A stretch of 64,000 nt of DNA from an uncultured Pelagibacteraceae bacterium (GCA_902617895.1 CACMYJ010000005.1:25588-89587), one strand, 5' to 3'. Shown: positions 26,761 to 37,663, counted from the first letter of the stretch. Notes: generated by a model from the letters alone, not told the origin. A program made the numbers and translations.

Positions 26761-27468
26761 TTAACCTATGCTCTGTAGAAAAGGCATATACTCAAGAAGA
26801 TAATAACCTAAAGCTTGTAACTGGTTAGTGATCATTAGTATTCCTGTAATTAATAGAAGAGATCCACCAAAAATATTTATCATCTTCATCTTTGCTTTAA
26901 GGTTTTTAGAAAAAATCATAAATTTTTGTATTAAGTAACCTGATAGAACAAAGGGAATTGCTAGTCCAAGAGAATAAAATGATAAAAGACCAATTCCTTT
27001 ATTAATACTATCCTCAGTTGATGCGATTGCAAGAATTGATCCTAAAATTGGACCAATGCAAGGTGTCCAGCCAAAACCAAAAGCCATACCAATTAAAATT
27101 GAACTTATTATTCCAGTATTTTTATTTGTCTGAAATCTCTTCTCATAATTTAAAAACTTAAGATTTATGAGTCCTAATATTTGTAAAGAAAATATTATAA
27201 TGATTATTCCAGCTCCAATTCTGAGTTGATACGAGTTTTCTAATACTAAAGAGCCTAAAAATGTAGCAGTAGCTCCAAAACTTATAAATACAATAGAAAA
27301 TCCGACTGCAAATAAAATAATAGGAAAAATATTCACAGTTTTTTTTTCAAGTAATTCATTAAGAGTTGATCCTGATATATATGATATATATCCTGGTATT
27401 AGAGGCAGAACACATGGAGATAAAAAGCTAAGCAAACCAGCTCCAAAAGCTAAAATAAATTCAATCAT
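26761..27468 (-). CDS. ccdA: Cytochrome c biogenesis protein CcdA
   Basis: LSFLSPCVLPLIPGY and FGWTPCIGPILG. Confidence 0.92.
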   Translation of the reverse strand: MIEFILAFGAGLLSFLSPCVLPLIPGYISYISGSTLNELLEKKTVNIFPIILFAVGFSIVFISFGATATFLGSLVLENSYQLRIGAGIIIIIFSLQILGLINLKFLNYEKRFQTNKNTGIISSILIGMAFGFGWTPCIGPILGSILAIASTEDSINKGIGLLSFYSLGLAIPFVLSGYLIQKFMIFSKNLKAKMKMINIFGGSLLLITGILMITNQLQALGYYLLEYMPFLQSIG

Positions 27469-30155
27469 TATCCAGTATTTTTGATAGCTGCAGAAATACC
27501 TGCTATTGATGCCATCATTGCATCATTTAAATCTTTTTTATCTTTTTTATTTAAATTTCTTTTTAAAAGCTTGTTCATCACTACTGCTTGTAAAACATTA
27601 AGGATTTCAGAATATATGTTTCTAATAATTGCTGGACCTCTAAAAATTTTTCTTTGTTTAAAAATTTCTTTTGGTGTTATTTGATCATTCAATTTTTTAA
27701 CAGCATCAAATTGAAATCTTAATTTTTTTCCAACTCTGATAAGTTTATCATCAGCTAGGTTTTTTTCGTAAATTTTTGATATTTCTGGGTCTACCTTAGA
27801 AATTACCATGTCAAGCAAGTCCATTGTTGAATTAAAATAAGGCCAGTTTTTTTCCATATCAATAAGTGTTTTTTTAAATTTCTTTATAGATGAATATCTT
27901 AAGGCCTCAGCAGTACCTAACCAAGCGGGTAACATTAATCTAATTTGTGTCCAGGCAAAAACCCAAGGAATAGCTCTTAAACTATTTATATTATCAACAT
28001 TTTTTCTTTTAGAAGGTCTAGAGCCAATTGATAATTTCCCAAGTGCCATATGAGGAGTTACGGTTTTAAAATATCTTATAAAATCTGAACTTTGATTTAT
28101 ATTTTTTCTATATGAACTTGTTGATATCTCGGACATACTTTGAATTAATTGTCTCCAACTGTCTTTTGGTTTTGGTGGTGGATTTAAAGTAGCTTCCATA
28201 ACAGATCCAATATAACTGCACAGATTATATTTTGCTAAAGGCTCATAACCATATTTTTGCTGTATTACTTCTCCTTGATCAGTTATTCGAATTTTACCAT
28301 TAACCGATCCAGCAGGCTGCGACCTCAATGTTGCTTGTATAGGCCCACCTCCTCTTCCTGCAGAACCTCCTCTGCCATGAAAGAATGTAACGTCTATTTT
28401 ATATTTTTTAGCAAGTTTAATTATTTCTTCCTGTAATTTAAATTGATGCCAACTCGCAGAGAGTTTTCCTGCATCTTTACTTGAATCAGAGTACCCAATC
28501 ATAATTTCTTGCTTGTTATTAATATCTTTTCTGTACCATTTTAATGAAAAAAGTTTTTCCATTATTGGTTTTGCATTTATAAGATCATCAAGAGTTTCGA
28601 AAAGAGGAACTACTCTTAGTCTATTCCTAATGTTGGCTTCTTTTTGGAAAAACATAACTGATAAGATATCTGATGCTGAAGATGTCATTGAGATTACATA
28701 CGCTCCTAAACACTCTTTAGGTTGACTTGCCAATACTTTAAATGTGGACCAAACCTCTTTGTTTTCCTTGTTTTTAAATTGAAATTTTTTTAATACATTT
28801 TTGCTTTGCATTTTATTTGATAAATATTTTATTTTTCGATCCTCATCCCAAGTAGAATAATTTTGGTTTAGTTTTTTCTTTATGTATTCTGCTAATAATT
28901 GAGAATGTCTTGAAGACTCTTGTCTTATATCAAGTCGTGCAAGATTTATTCCAAAACACTTAGCTCTTCGCATTAAATCTAATAAATCACCACTAGCTAT
29001 ATTTTCACTTTGGTTTTGTTCTAATGATTCTCTTACTACTCTCAATGGTTTTAAAATTTCTTCTCTCTCTGATAGTAAATCTTTATCATTTAAGGATTTA
29101 TTGTTTGTTAAATAACCCTCTATTGCTCTATGCGTTTTTCTTAATTTATCTCTTAAAGGTCTTAGATAAACTCTATAAGGCTCGAAAGTTTTTCCTGTAG
29201 TTTTTAATATTTTTTTTGAACATTTTTCCATAGAGTAAGATCTAATTAACTTTGTCATTGACTTCTCATAAAGTTTAGCTGCCTCCCACCTTGATAACAA
29301 AATAACTCTTTTAGTAACTTCTGCAGTAACAAATGGATTACCATCTCTATCACCACCCATCCATGATCCAAACTCAATAGGATTAAAATTTTTAGGCAAA
29401 CCCTTACCCATATTTTTTTCAAATATTTGATTTAATCTTCTGTATACTTTAGGAATTGTATCCCACAAGCTATCTTCTATAATTGCAAGTCCCCATCTTG
29501 CTTCTTCTGCTGGGGTTGGTTTAGATCTTTTGATTTCATCTGTATTCCATATAATTGTGATCTCATCAAAAACTTTACGATCTAAAATTTTTAATTTTGA
29601 GGGATAATTTTTAAGTAAGTTTCTTTGCTCTAATATTTCTGTTAAGGAATGGTACTTCTGTATCAAAGTTCTTCTTTTTACTTCGGTTGGATGTGCGGTG
29701 AGTACAATTCCTATATTAAGACTTTTGGCAATATTATAAATTTTATTATTAGATATTTTTTTATTTTTGAAAAAATTTTCAAATATTTCTTCTATGAAAA
29801 TATTTTGAAATTTTTTCTCTTGTTTCACATTCTCATAAAGATCTAAAGTTCTAGAAGCATCAATTGACTCAGCCAAATTATAAAAGTTCATAAAATGATT
29901 AAATGCGCGAGTTAATTTAAATAATAAATGTGGTGGTAATTTTTTAATTTCGTTTAAAATTTTTTTAAATGGATCTTTACGATTTTTGTTGGCAATATTT
30001 GCTTTGGAAAGTAATCTAATTTTTTCAACTAGATCATAGAATTTCTGTCCCTCTTGTTCTTTAATTACTCTTCCTAATATGTTTCCTAAAAATCGAACAT
30101 CATCTCTAAGAGATTTTGTCGGTATTCTTTCATAGTAGAGGTCTCTTTTTAGCAT
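27468..30155 (-). CDS. ppc: Phosphoenolpyruvate carboxylase
   Basis: VLTAHPTE, SWMGGDRDGNP, MIGYSDSSKDAG, FHGRGGS.GRGGGP, LRAIPWVFAWTQ, C-terminal KNTG. Confidence 0.97.
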   Translation of the reverse strand: MLKRDLYYERIPTKSLRDDVRFLGNILGRVIKEQEGQKFYDLVEKIRLLSKANIANKNRKDPFKKILNEIKKLPPHLLFKLTRAFNHFMNFYNLAESIDASRTLDLYENVKQEKKFQNIFIEEIFENFFKNKKISNNKIYNIAKSLNIGIVLTAHPTEVKRRTLIQKYHSLTEILEQRNLLKNYPSKLKILDRKVFDEITIIWNTDEIKRSKPTPAEEARWGLAIIEDSLWDTIPKVYRRLNQIFEKNMGKGLPKNFNPIEFGSWMGGDRDGNPFVTAEVTKRVILLSRWEAAKLYEKSMTKLIRSYSMEKCSKKILKTTGKTFEPYRVYLRPLRDKLRKTHRAIEGYLTNNKSLNDKDLLSEREEILKPLRVVRESLEQNQSENIASGDLLDLMRRAKCFGINLARLDIRQESSRHSQLLAEYIKKKLNQNYSTWDEDRKIKYLSNKMQSKNVLKKFQFKNKENKEVWSTFKVLASQPKECLGAYVISMTSSASDILSVMFFQKEANIRNRLRVVPLFETLDDLINAKPIMEKLFSLKWYRKDINNKQEIMIGYSDSSKDAGKLSASWHQFKLQEEIIKLAKKYKIDVTFFHGRGGSAGRGGGPIQATLRSQPAGSVNGKIRITDQGEVIQQKYGYEPLAKYNLCSYIGSVMEATLNPPPKPKDSWRQLIQSMSEISTSSYRKNINQSSDFIRYFKTVTPHMALGKLSIGSRPSKRKNVDNINSLRAIPWVFAWTQIRLMLPAWLGTAEALRYSSIKKFKKTLIDMEKNWPYFNSTMDLLDMVISKVDPEISKIYEKNLADDKLIRVGKKLRFQFDAVKKLNDQITPKEIFKQRKIFRGPAIIRNIYSEILNVLQAVVMNKLLKRNLNKKDKKDLNDAMMASIAGISAAIKNTG

Positions 30156-31041
30156 TTTTAATTACAAACTTTTTTTGATTTATACCAATAGCATTAGTTT
30201 GTATTTTAAATAAACTTCCTGAAAATTTAAATTTTTTAATTTCACTGTTTTTCATGCCTTTTAAAGCAGATGTGACAAATAAATCTGAATTTTTTGGACC
30301 ACCAAAGGCACAATTAGTAATATTTTTAGCGGGTAAATTTATCTTATGTATCTGTTTGGCAAATTTATTTAAAACACGTAGGCAAGCTCCGTGAAATTGA
30401 CATACCCATAAATTTCCAGCTTTATCTAGGGTCATGCCATCTGGCACTCCTTCCTTATTTGAAAATCTTTTAAATATTTTTTTACTAATTATATCTTCAT
30501 TTTTATCTATCTTAATTTTGTAGATTATCCTTTTTCTACTGTCTGTATGATAAAAGCTTTTTTTATCAATAAATGCAGGTCCATTAGTAATCATGTAATT
30601 GTCATCTACTTTTTTAAGATTAAATTTTTTATCTAGGCAATAAAGAGAGCCATTTGGGATATTTCTTTCAGGGTTATCCATTGTTCCAAACCAGAGTTTT
30701 CCATTAAGATCTGTTTTGCCATCATTAATCCTGTTCATTTTTAATGACTTTTCAATGGCTATTGATTTAATTTTTTTTTTACTTTTTAAATTTACTATTC
30801 TTAATTCACCTTGTAGACCTAATATAAATATATTATTTTTTATATGAGCTAAAAATCCTATTTCTTTATTTACTTTAATAGTCTCTTTTTTTTTATTTTT
30901 TAAATTTAAAATATGAATTCTTTTTTTTTTAATGTCTGTAAAATAAATAGAATTATGCTCTTTGACCCACAAAGTACCTTCACCAAGTGTACATTTTAAA
31001 TTCCACAAAACTTCAGGTTTTGAGGTTATAATCTTAGCCAT
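30130..31041 (-). CDS. SMP-30/gluconolactonase family sugar lactonase (XylC-like)
   Basis: LGEG, RINDG, ITNGPAF, PDGMT.D, TNCAFGG. Confidence 0.9.
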   Translation of the reverse strand: MAKIITSKPEVLWNLKCTLGEGTLWVKEHNSIYFTDIKKKRIHILNLKNKKKETIKVNKEIGFLAHIKNNIFILGLQGELRIVNLKSKKKIKSIAIEKSLKMNRINDGKTDLNGKLWFGTMDNPERNIPNGSLYCLDKKFNLKKVDDNYMITNGPAFIDKKSFYHTDSRKRIIYKIKIDKNEDIISKKIFKRFSNKEGVPDGMTLDKAGNLWVCQFHGACLRVLNKFAKQIHKINLPAKNITNCAFGGPKNSDLFVTSALKGMKNSEIKKFKFSGSLFKIQTNAIGINQKKFVIKNAKKRPLL

Positions 31042-32206
31042 TATACTCGTATTCTTTTATAAATTCTTTTTTTGGATTAATTCCAATTCCTATATTTTCT
31101 AATGGGGAAGCAAATCCATCTTCGTTTTTCACCTGATCAAAAATTGAAAATTTTTCTTCAGCTAGTTCTGTAATAAAAATATTTTTTTCAGTGGTATCAA
31201 ACTCTAACATTGATTTTGCTGGAAATAGTCCACCAGGCATATCTGGCAAAGAAGTAAGTAAATGCAGATTTACTGCTACACTTAAAGCTGAACCCCATAC
31301 ATGATTAACAATTGGGATGAAATTCGACTGAGCTAATGCTGATACTTTTAAATATTCTGTTATTCCACCTAAACCGCAAACTTCTGGTTGAGCTATATCA
31401 ATGCAATTATTTTTAATTAGTTGGTTCCAACCATATTTTGTGAACTCTGCTTCACCGCCAGCAATATTTGTTTTTAATTTTTCTTTTAGTTCTTTGTATC
31501 CATCGTAATCTTCTGGTGCCACAGGTTCCTCAAACCAATAAATTTCCATTTCATCCAATCCTTTACCAACGTACAAAGCATCATTTTTGTTATAAGCATG
31601 ATTGGCATCCACCATTAGTTTAAAATTGTTGCCAATTGCCTCTCTTACTGCGCTTACTAACTTTAAATCTTCTTTTGGACCTAAACCAACTTTCATCTTC
31701 ATCGCCTTGAAGTTTTTTTCTTTTATTTGATTTGCTTCTTTTTTGAATAATTCACATAATTCTTCGACAGATTTTTTTTGCAGCATCATTCCATAACCAT
31801 AAACTGGAATTTTGTTATTAGTTTTACCCCCTAATAATTGATAAAGAGGCAATTTTGCTTTTTTCGCTAGTATATCCCACAATGCTATATCAATTCCTGA
31901 TAATGCCTGAATAGGCATTCCTTTCTGACCGCTATCTCTAAGTAAATTATAAACTTTATGCCAAATATATTCTTTATTAATTGGATCTTCTCCTATTATT
32001 AAAGGCTGTATTACTTTTTCTACAATATATTTGTTAGCAAGAGCTATATTTCCAGGGCCAAAACATTCTCCCCAACCTGTAATACCCTCATCAGTTTCTA
32101 TCTCTACTAAGTGAGCGGTTCTGTGTTTGTAATATTGCTGAGAATATCCTAGTTCTTTATCCAACTCATATCTAAGTACATGACTTTTGATTGAGCTGAT
32201 CTTCAC
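31034..32206 (-). CDS. Mandelate racemase subgroup enolase, D-galactarolactone cycloisomerase (Gci)-like; GTG start
   Basis: GWGECFGP, LRDSGQKG, KMKVG, VDANHAY, WFEEP, HVWG, EFD. Confidence 0.8.
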   Translation of the reverse strand: MKISSIKSHVLRYELDKELGYSQQYYKHRTAHLVEIETDEGITGWGECFGPGNIALANKYIVEKVIQPLIIGEDPINKEYIWHKVYNLLRDSGQKGMPIQALSGIDIALWDILAKKAKLPLYQLLGGKTNNKIPVYGYGMMLQKKSVEELCELFKKEANQIKEKNFKAMKMKVGLGPKEDLKLVSAVREAIGNNFKLMVDANHAYNKNDALYVGKGLDEMEIYWFEEPVAPEDYDGYKELKEKLKTNIAGGEAEFTKYGWNQLIKNNCIDIAQPEVCGLGGITEYLKVSALAQSNFIPIVNHVWGSALSVAVNLHLLTSLPDMPGGLFPAKSMLEFDTTEKNIFITELAEEKFSIFDQVKNEDGFASPLENIGIGINPKKEFIKEYEYNG

Positions 32207-32211
32207 AATTA

Positions 32212-33054
32212 TTAAACAGCAACTACTTTAGAGTTCTGTTCTCCTAAATTTTCTATAGATAATTTCATCTCATCACCAGCTTTTAAAAATACTTGAGGCT
32301 TTCTTCCCATGCCTACTCCTGGTGGGGTACCTGTAGTTATAATATCTCCAGGTTGTAATGACATAAATTTACTCACATAAGATACAATGATATCTACATT
32401 AAAAATCATAGTACTTGTATTTCCTGTTTGCATTCTTTCACCATTTACATCCAACATCATCTTTAAATTATTAATATCTTTAATTTCATCCTTAGTTACC
32501 AAGTAAGGACCAGTAGGTCCATAAGTGTCATGAGACTTTCCTTTAACCCATTGTCCCATCTTTTCAATTTGCCATTCTCGTTCACTAACATCGTTTACTA
32601 AACAATATCCTAAAATATGATCTTGTGATTGACTTTCTGAAATATGTTTTGCTTCTTTCCCAATTACAATTCCAAGTTCAACTTCCCAATCTAGTTTTTT
32701 TGATCCAGAGACTATTTCTACATCATCATTAGGCCCACACATCGAGCTAGTCGCTTTCATAAACATTATTGGTTCTTTAGGAATATCAGCACCGACCTCA
32801 GCGGCATGGTCTGAGTAATTAAGCCCTATTGCAACAAACTTTCCTGGACTTGTAATGCAAGAACCTACTCTTTGATCTGGTGAAATTTCAGGAAGACTTG
32901 ATGTATCGATGCTTTGAATTTTTGAAATTGTTTCAAAATTTAAATTGTGTGGATTTAAATCACTTACATGTGAACTAATATCTCTTATTTTTCCATTAGC
33001 ATCTAGTATAGCTGGTTTTTCTTTTCCCTTTTTACCTACTCTTAATAGTTTCAT
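32212..33054 (-). CDS. Fumarylacetoacetate hydrolase family protein (2,4-diketo-acid hydrolase-like)
   Basis: IGLNYSDH, DWEVELG, NDVSER, KGKS, TGTPPGVG. Confidence 0.88.
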   Translation of the reverse strand: MKLLRVGKKGKEKPAILDANGKIRDISSHVSDLNPHNLNFETISKIQSIDTSSLPEISPDQRVGSCITSPGKFVAIGLNYSDHAAEVGADIPKEPIMFMKATSSMCGPNDDVEIVSGSKKLDWEVELGIVIGKEAKHISESQSQDHILGYCLVNDVSEREWQIEKMGQWVKGKSHDTYGPTGPYLVTKDEIKDINNLKMMLDVNGERMQTGNTSTMIFNVDIIVSYVSKFMSLQPGDIITTGTPPGVGMGRKPQVFLKAGDEMKLSIENLGEQNSKVVAV

Positions 33055-33070
33055 TGTTTCTCCTTTATAT

Positions 33071-33811
33071 TTAAATTGTCATACCACCATCTACAGAAAA
33101 AGTATTTCCAGTAGTAAATGTTGACTCATCACTAGCTAAATAGATAGCAAAATCAGCTATTTCTTGCGCAGTTCCTAGTCTTTCCATTGGTTGTCTTGCT
33201 ATGAAATCCTTTTTTGCCTTAACTGGATCCGGGCTTTGTTTTACTCTATCTTCCCAAGAAGGTGTAAATACGGTTCCAGGTGCAATTGCATTACATCTAA
33301 TTTTTTGCTTAACAAAATCAGATGCAATTGATTTCGTAAGTCCAATAATAGCTGCTTTACTTGCTCCATAAACAAATCTGTTTGGCAGCCCCTTAATGCT
33401 AGATGCAACAGAGGCAACATTTATAATACTGCCTCCATTATTATTAATCATTGTTGGCAATGTAGCTTTACACATAAAATACATAGATTTAATATTAGTA
33501 TCGAAAGAAAAATCCCAATCTTTCTCCTCGCAATCTAAAATTGTCCCGTGATGGACAAATCCTACTGCATTAAATAATACATCTATATTGCTAAAGGAAT
33601 TAATGAATTCTTTAATATCCTCATTTTTTGTTGAGTCTAATTTTTTTACTTTAATTTTTGGGTATTCTTTATTTAGTTCGCTTAAAGTATTTTCATTAAT
33701 GTCGGTAGCAGTGACATTTGCACCTTCGTTATGAAAAGTTATAGCTGTTGCTTTTCCTATCCCTTGTCCAGCAGCAGTAATGATTACTTTTTTTCCCTCA
33801 AGTCTTCCCAT
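33071..33811 (-). CDS. SDR oxidoreductase, 2-keto-3-deoxy-L-fuconate dehydrogenase/BDH2-like
   Basis: TAAGQGIG, GFVHHGTILDC, NRFVYGASK, FIARQPM.RLG. Confidence 0.8.
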   Translation of the reverse strand: MGRLEGKKVIITAAGQGIGKATAITFHNEGANVTATDINENTLSELNKEYPKIKVKKLDSTKNEDIKEFINSFSNIDVLFNAVGFVHHGTILDCEEKDWDFSFDTNIKSMYFMCKATLPTMINNNGGSIINVASVASSIKGLPNRFVYGASKAAIIGLTKSIASDFVKQKIRCNAIAPGTVFTPSWEDRVKQSPDPVKAKKDFIARQPMERLGTAQEIADFAIYLASDESTFTTGNTFSVDGGMTI

Positions 33812-34673
33812 TGTTTATCCTTTCAATTTCTTTATAAAGTGAACTATGATCTGTTTCACCATGTCCATTTTCAACTAGTGATTTATACATTTCTTTAACT
33901 AAATTTGAAATAGGTAATTGAGTATTATAATTATTTGCACATTCTAAGATATTATTCATATCTTTTAGCTGACCTGATGTTTTGCCTTTGGGACTAAAAT
34001 CTTTATCTATCATTCTTTTTCCGTGTGTTCTAAGAACTTTACTATCGGCCCAACCTCCAGATAAGGCCTTAATCATTTTATTTGGGTCTGCTCCAGCTTT
34101 TTCACAAAGAGTAACTGCTTCAGCAACAGCACCAATAGCTAATCCAACAATAATTTGGTTTGCTAATTTAGAAACCTGGCCACATCCTATTGGACCAACA
34201 AGAGTTGGATTTCCCATTGATTTTAAAATTTCTTTAACTGACTCAAAAACTATGTGTTCTCCACCAATCATTATGGCAAGAGATGCTTCTTCGGCTCCTA
34301 TCGTTCCACCTGAAACTGGTGCATCTAAGTAATTAATTTTTCGAGATTTTAAATTTTTTCCGTGATTAACTGCTGTAGTTTGTTTTACAGAGCTCATATC
34401 AATTACAGTTGAATTAGGTTGTAAATTATTTAAAAATTCATCACTACCTATAACTTCATTGACCGCATCATCATTAGTTAACATTGTAATTACCACATGA
34501 CTTTCTTTAACAAGTTCAGCTATTGAATTTGAAATTTCAGCACCAAAGTTTTTTAGCGGCTCAGCTTTATTTTTGGATCTATTAAATGCTCTAACTTTGT
34601 ATCCAGCTTTTAGTATGTTTTTTGCCATTGGAAAGCCCATAAGGCCAGTACCAATAAAACCTATATTTTGCAT
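33798..34673 (-). CDS. 2-hydroxy-3-oxopropionate reductase/beta-hydroxyacid dehydrogenase (GarR/GlxR-like)
   Basis: GFIGTGLMG, LDAPVSGG, KLANQ, KD. Confidence 0.85.
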   Translation of the reverse strand: MQNIGFIGTGLMGFPMAKNILKAGYKVRAFNRSKNKAEPLKNFGAEISNSIAELVKESHVVITMLTNDDAVNEVIGSDEFLNNLQPNSTVIDMSSVKQTTAVNHGKNLKSRKINYLDAPVSGGTIGAEEASLAIMIGGEHIVFESVKEILKSMGNPTLVGPIGCGQVSKLANQIIVGLAIGAVAEAVTLCEKAGADPNKMIKALSGGWADSKVLRTHGKRMIDKDFSPKGKTSGQLKDMNNILECANNYNTQLPISNLVKEMYKSLVENGHGETDHSSLYKEIERINNGKT

Positions 34674-35995
34674 TATTTTCTAGGGACAAAATCGTGGAAG
34701 TTTTGCGTCATTGCTTCTGGAAAGAACATAACACAAGCTAAAACAATCAATTGGATTACTATAAATGGTGCAAAACCTCTGAAAATATCAGTTAGTGAAA
34801 TGTGAGGTGGAGCAACTGATTTTAAATAGAATGCTGCAGGACCAAATGGTGGGCTTAAAAATGAAACTTGCATATTTACACAGAATAGTATTCCAAACCA
34901 AATAGGATCAAAACCTAGAGCTAGTACTATTGGTAAAAAAACTGGCATTGCTAATAGAACTATTCCAACCCAATCCATGAATGCACCCATTATTAAAAAC
35001 ATTATTTGCATCATAAAAATTAGATACATTGGTTTTAAATCATAAGCTAAAATAGTTTCTGCTACATAAGTTGGTCCACCCGCAAGAGAATAAGCTCCTG
35101 CTAAAACTGTAGCACCAAAAGTAATAGTTAATATAGTTCCTGAAGCTTTAAAAGTTCTAACAAGTGCATCTTTAAACAAAAACCATGTCAGTTCTTTTCT
35201 AGCGGCAATAATAATTAGTGTTGCAACTACACCCATACCAGCTGCTTCAGTAATACCAGTCATTCCAGAATAAATTGAACCCAAAACAATTATTACAATA
35301 CCAATAGGTGGTAAAAGACCAGGGAGATATGACATCTTTTCTTTTAAAGTTAAAGCTGGTTCATCACTTAAAGGTGCAAGATGAGGTTGTATTCTTGTTC
35401 TAATAAGAATGTATGTAATTATTAAACCGGATATCATTAGACCAGGAACGATTGCTTCTTGGAACAACATGGTAATTGAAGTTTCTGTTGTTAGTCCATA
35501 AATAATTAAAACAATAGATGGTGGGATCATTGTGCCTAAAGAACCCGATGCACAAATAATACCAATCGACATATCTTGATCATATTTCAATCTCAACATC
35601 TGAGGCAATGCAATCAGCCCCAATAAAACTATCTCTCCTCCGATTATACCACTCATCGCTGCCATTATTGTTGCCATGATTGCTGTTACTACACCTACTC
35701 CGCCTCTAGTTTTCCTTAACCAAGCATTTAACGCATCATACAAGTCTCTTGCAATATTCGAGCGTTCGAGTAAGGAGGCCATGAATATAAATAATGGTAC
35801 AGATAAGAATGAGTAAGTTACAACAAGAGAATAATACCTTGAAAGTAAAATTCCTAAAGCATGTTCACCTATGTATAAAAATACAAGCACTGCTCCCATA
35901 AAACCTGAAGCAAAACCCATAGGCACACCTATTGATATCAATGCTAATAGCCCTACTATTAGTATTATCGAGAGTGTCCCTATCTCAAATTCCAT
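34673..35995 (-). CDS. dctM: TRAP transporter large permease
   Basis: GSLGTMIPPSI, GFDPIWFGI, FLSPPFG. Confidence 0.92.
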   Translation of the reverse strand: MEFEIGTLSIILIVGLLALISIGVPMGFASGFMGAVLVFLYIGEHALGILLSRYYSLVVTYSFLSVPLFIFMASLLERSNIARDLYDALNAWLRKTRGGVGVVTAIMATIMAAMSGIIGGEIVLLGLIALPQMLRLKYDQDMSIGIICASGSLGTMIPPSIVLIIYGLTTETSITMLFQEAIVPGLMISGLIITYILIRTRIQPHLAPLSDEPALTLKEKMSYLPGLLPPIGIVIIVLGSIYSGMTGITEAAGMGVVATLIIIAARKELTWFLFKDALVRTFKASGTILTITFGATVLAGAYSLAGGPTYVAETILAYDLKPMYLIFMMQIMFLIMGAFMDWVGIVLLAMPVFLPIVLALGFDPIWFGILFCVNMQVSFLSPPFGPAAFYLKSVAPPHISLTDIFRGFAPFIVIQLIVLACVMFFPEAMTQNFHDFVPRK

Positions 35996-35996
35996 T

Positions 35997-36581
35997 TTAT
36001 TTTAAATCTTTGGCAGGTTGGTACTGTTTTTCTTTAGGATTTTTCCAATCAATAATTAAATTATTTATTGATTGAAGCGCTATAAGAAATATACAAATAA
36101 GCGTGAGTGGCTTCATAGTTGCAGGAATTGGTGGATCCCAATAAGTTGCAAATCTCTCCCAATTTATAAATGATCTATATGCATCTTCCATGCCTCCATA
36201 AATTACAGCAGCTGCAAAAGTAACAATAATAAGAGTACTAATTAGATCAAAAATACGCTGAGTTGGCCTGCTTACATAGTCATATAATAAGACAATTCTG
36301 ATATGACTTCTAAGTCTTGTAGCATATATTCCACCAACTAAATAACAAACACCTGCCAACCATAGACATAGCTCATTAACCCACAGAGTTGGTTTTTCCA
36401 GTATATATCTCATGAAAATTTCGTACATCATTACGATTACAATTACGGGAATTAAATATTTAATTGTATGGCTTAAAAATAATGAAATTCTATCAATCCA
36501 AGTTATTGGAAAATCATCTTTACTTGCAACTTTTTCGTTTTGCTCTTGTAATTGCTTATCTTGTAATTCTTTATCACTCAT
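35997..36581 (-). CDS. dctQ: TRAP transporter small permease
   Basis: YEIFMRY...PTLWVNEL, HIRI; ATG at 36581. Confidence 0.88.
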   Translation of the reverse strand: MSDKELQDKQLQEQNEKVASKDDFPITWIDRISLFLSHTIKYLIPVIVIVMMYEIFMRYILEKPTLWVNELCLWLAGVCYLVGGIYATRLRSHIRIVLLYDYVSRPTQRIFDLISTLIIVTFAAAVIYGGMEDAYRSFINWERFATYWDPPIPATMKPLTLICIFLIALQSINNLIIDWKNPKEKQYQPAKDLK

Positions 36582-36599
36582 TGGCAAAAAAAATTTATA

Positions 36600-36624
36600 A
36601 GAAGGGCCTATTTCAGGCCCTTCT
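36600..36624 (-). terminator. Stem-loop after dctP
   Basis: AGAAGGGCCT-ATTTC-AGGCCCTTCT, followed by a T-rich tract on the minus strand. Confidence 0.72.
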
Positions 36625-36646
36625 ATATTTTATTAAGTGCTTTTTA

Positions 36647-37663
36647 TTACAGGATACCGTTAGCTTTCATGTAAGCTTTGTGTATCTCTATAAGAGCAGC
36701 AGCTTCTGGAGACTTTTTCTTCCATTCTTCCCAAGCGCCAAGTGCAGCTTGTCTGAATTTAAGTCTGTCCTCTCTAGACCAGTCGTGAAGAGTAACGCCC
36801 ATTTCATTCAAAGCTTTTACAGCTTCTGCGTTTTTTCTCTCAACTAAGCTAGTGATAGTTCTACCACAAATTTCGATTGCAGCTAACATTGCACCTTGTT
36901 CATGAGGTTTTAACTTGTTCCAAACTTTTGTGTTACAAGCTAGGTGGTCAGCTGGCATAGAGTGGAAACCTGGATATGTAGCATATTTGTTTTGCTCATA
37001 GTGTCCACCAGCGTAGTTTGTTGCTAATGATGAATAGTCAGCACCATCAATTAGACCAGTTTGTAAAGCAGTTGGAACTTCACCGAAGTCCATAACTATT
37101 GGTTTTGCTCCTAATGCTGTAAAGATCATACTTTCCATTCCTGGAGGTGATCTAAATTTAAAGTCTTTTAGTGAAGCAACATCTGGAATTGGTCTGCTAG
37201 ATATCAAAGACTCATGTCCTGGTATCCACCAACCAATTAATGTCATTCCATATTTATTGTAAAGTGCATCAACAGCTTCTTGAGCTCCTGGGAAATTCAA
37301 GAATTCATATTGTTGATATGGGTTATCATATCCACCCATTACATCGCCTGCGAATTGGAACGCTGCATTTTTACCAGTTTGGTATCCAGCTCCTGTCATA
37401 TCGCAGTCAATAATTCCAGTTTGTGCAGAGTTAAATACCTCGGCAGACTTTCCTGTAACTGATGATGAGTAGAACATTTGAACTTTTAAGCTTCCACCAG
37501 AAAACTTTTCTACGTTTTTAGCGAATTGAGCTGCAACTTCACCATTTGGTGAACTAGCTGTAAAGTGAGTTTCTATTTTTAAAGTTTTTGCATTAGCAGA
37601 ACCAAATAAAGCAATAGACACTACAGCAATCGCAGCAGTTATTTTTGTTATTAATTTTAACAT
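36647..37663 (-). CDS. dctP: TRAP transporter substrate-binding protein
   Basis: Signal peptide; KFRSPPG conserved Arg; ALQTGLIDGAD. Confidence 0.9.
   Translation of the reverse strand: MLKLITKITAAIAVVSIALFGSANAKTLKIETHFTASSPNGEVAAQFAKNVEKFSGGSLKVQMFYSSSVTGKSAEVFNSAQTGIIDCDMTGAGYQTGKNAAFQFAGDVMGGYDNPYQQYEFLNFPGAQEAVDALYNKYGMTLIGWWIPGHESLISSRPIPDVASLKDFKFRSPPGMESMIFTALGAKPIVMDFGEVPTALQTGLIDGADYSSLATNYAGGHYEQNKYATYPGFHSMPADHLACNTKVWNKLKPHEQGAMLAAIEICGRTITSLVERKNAEAVKALNEMGVTLHDWSREDRLKFRQAALGAWEEWKKKSPEAAALIEIHKAYMKANGIL

Noticed and set aside
30770-30930. Poly-T/poly-A runs as phase-variation tracts or frameshifts
   Set aside because: Reading frames stay intact; the runs are consecutive Lys codons, expected at this base composition.
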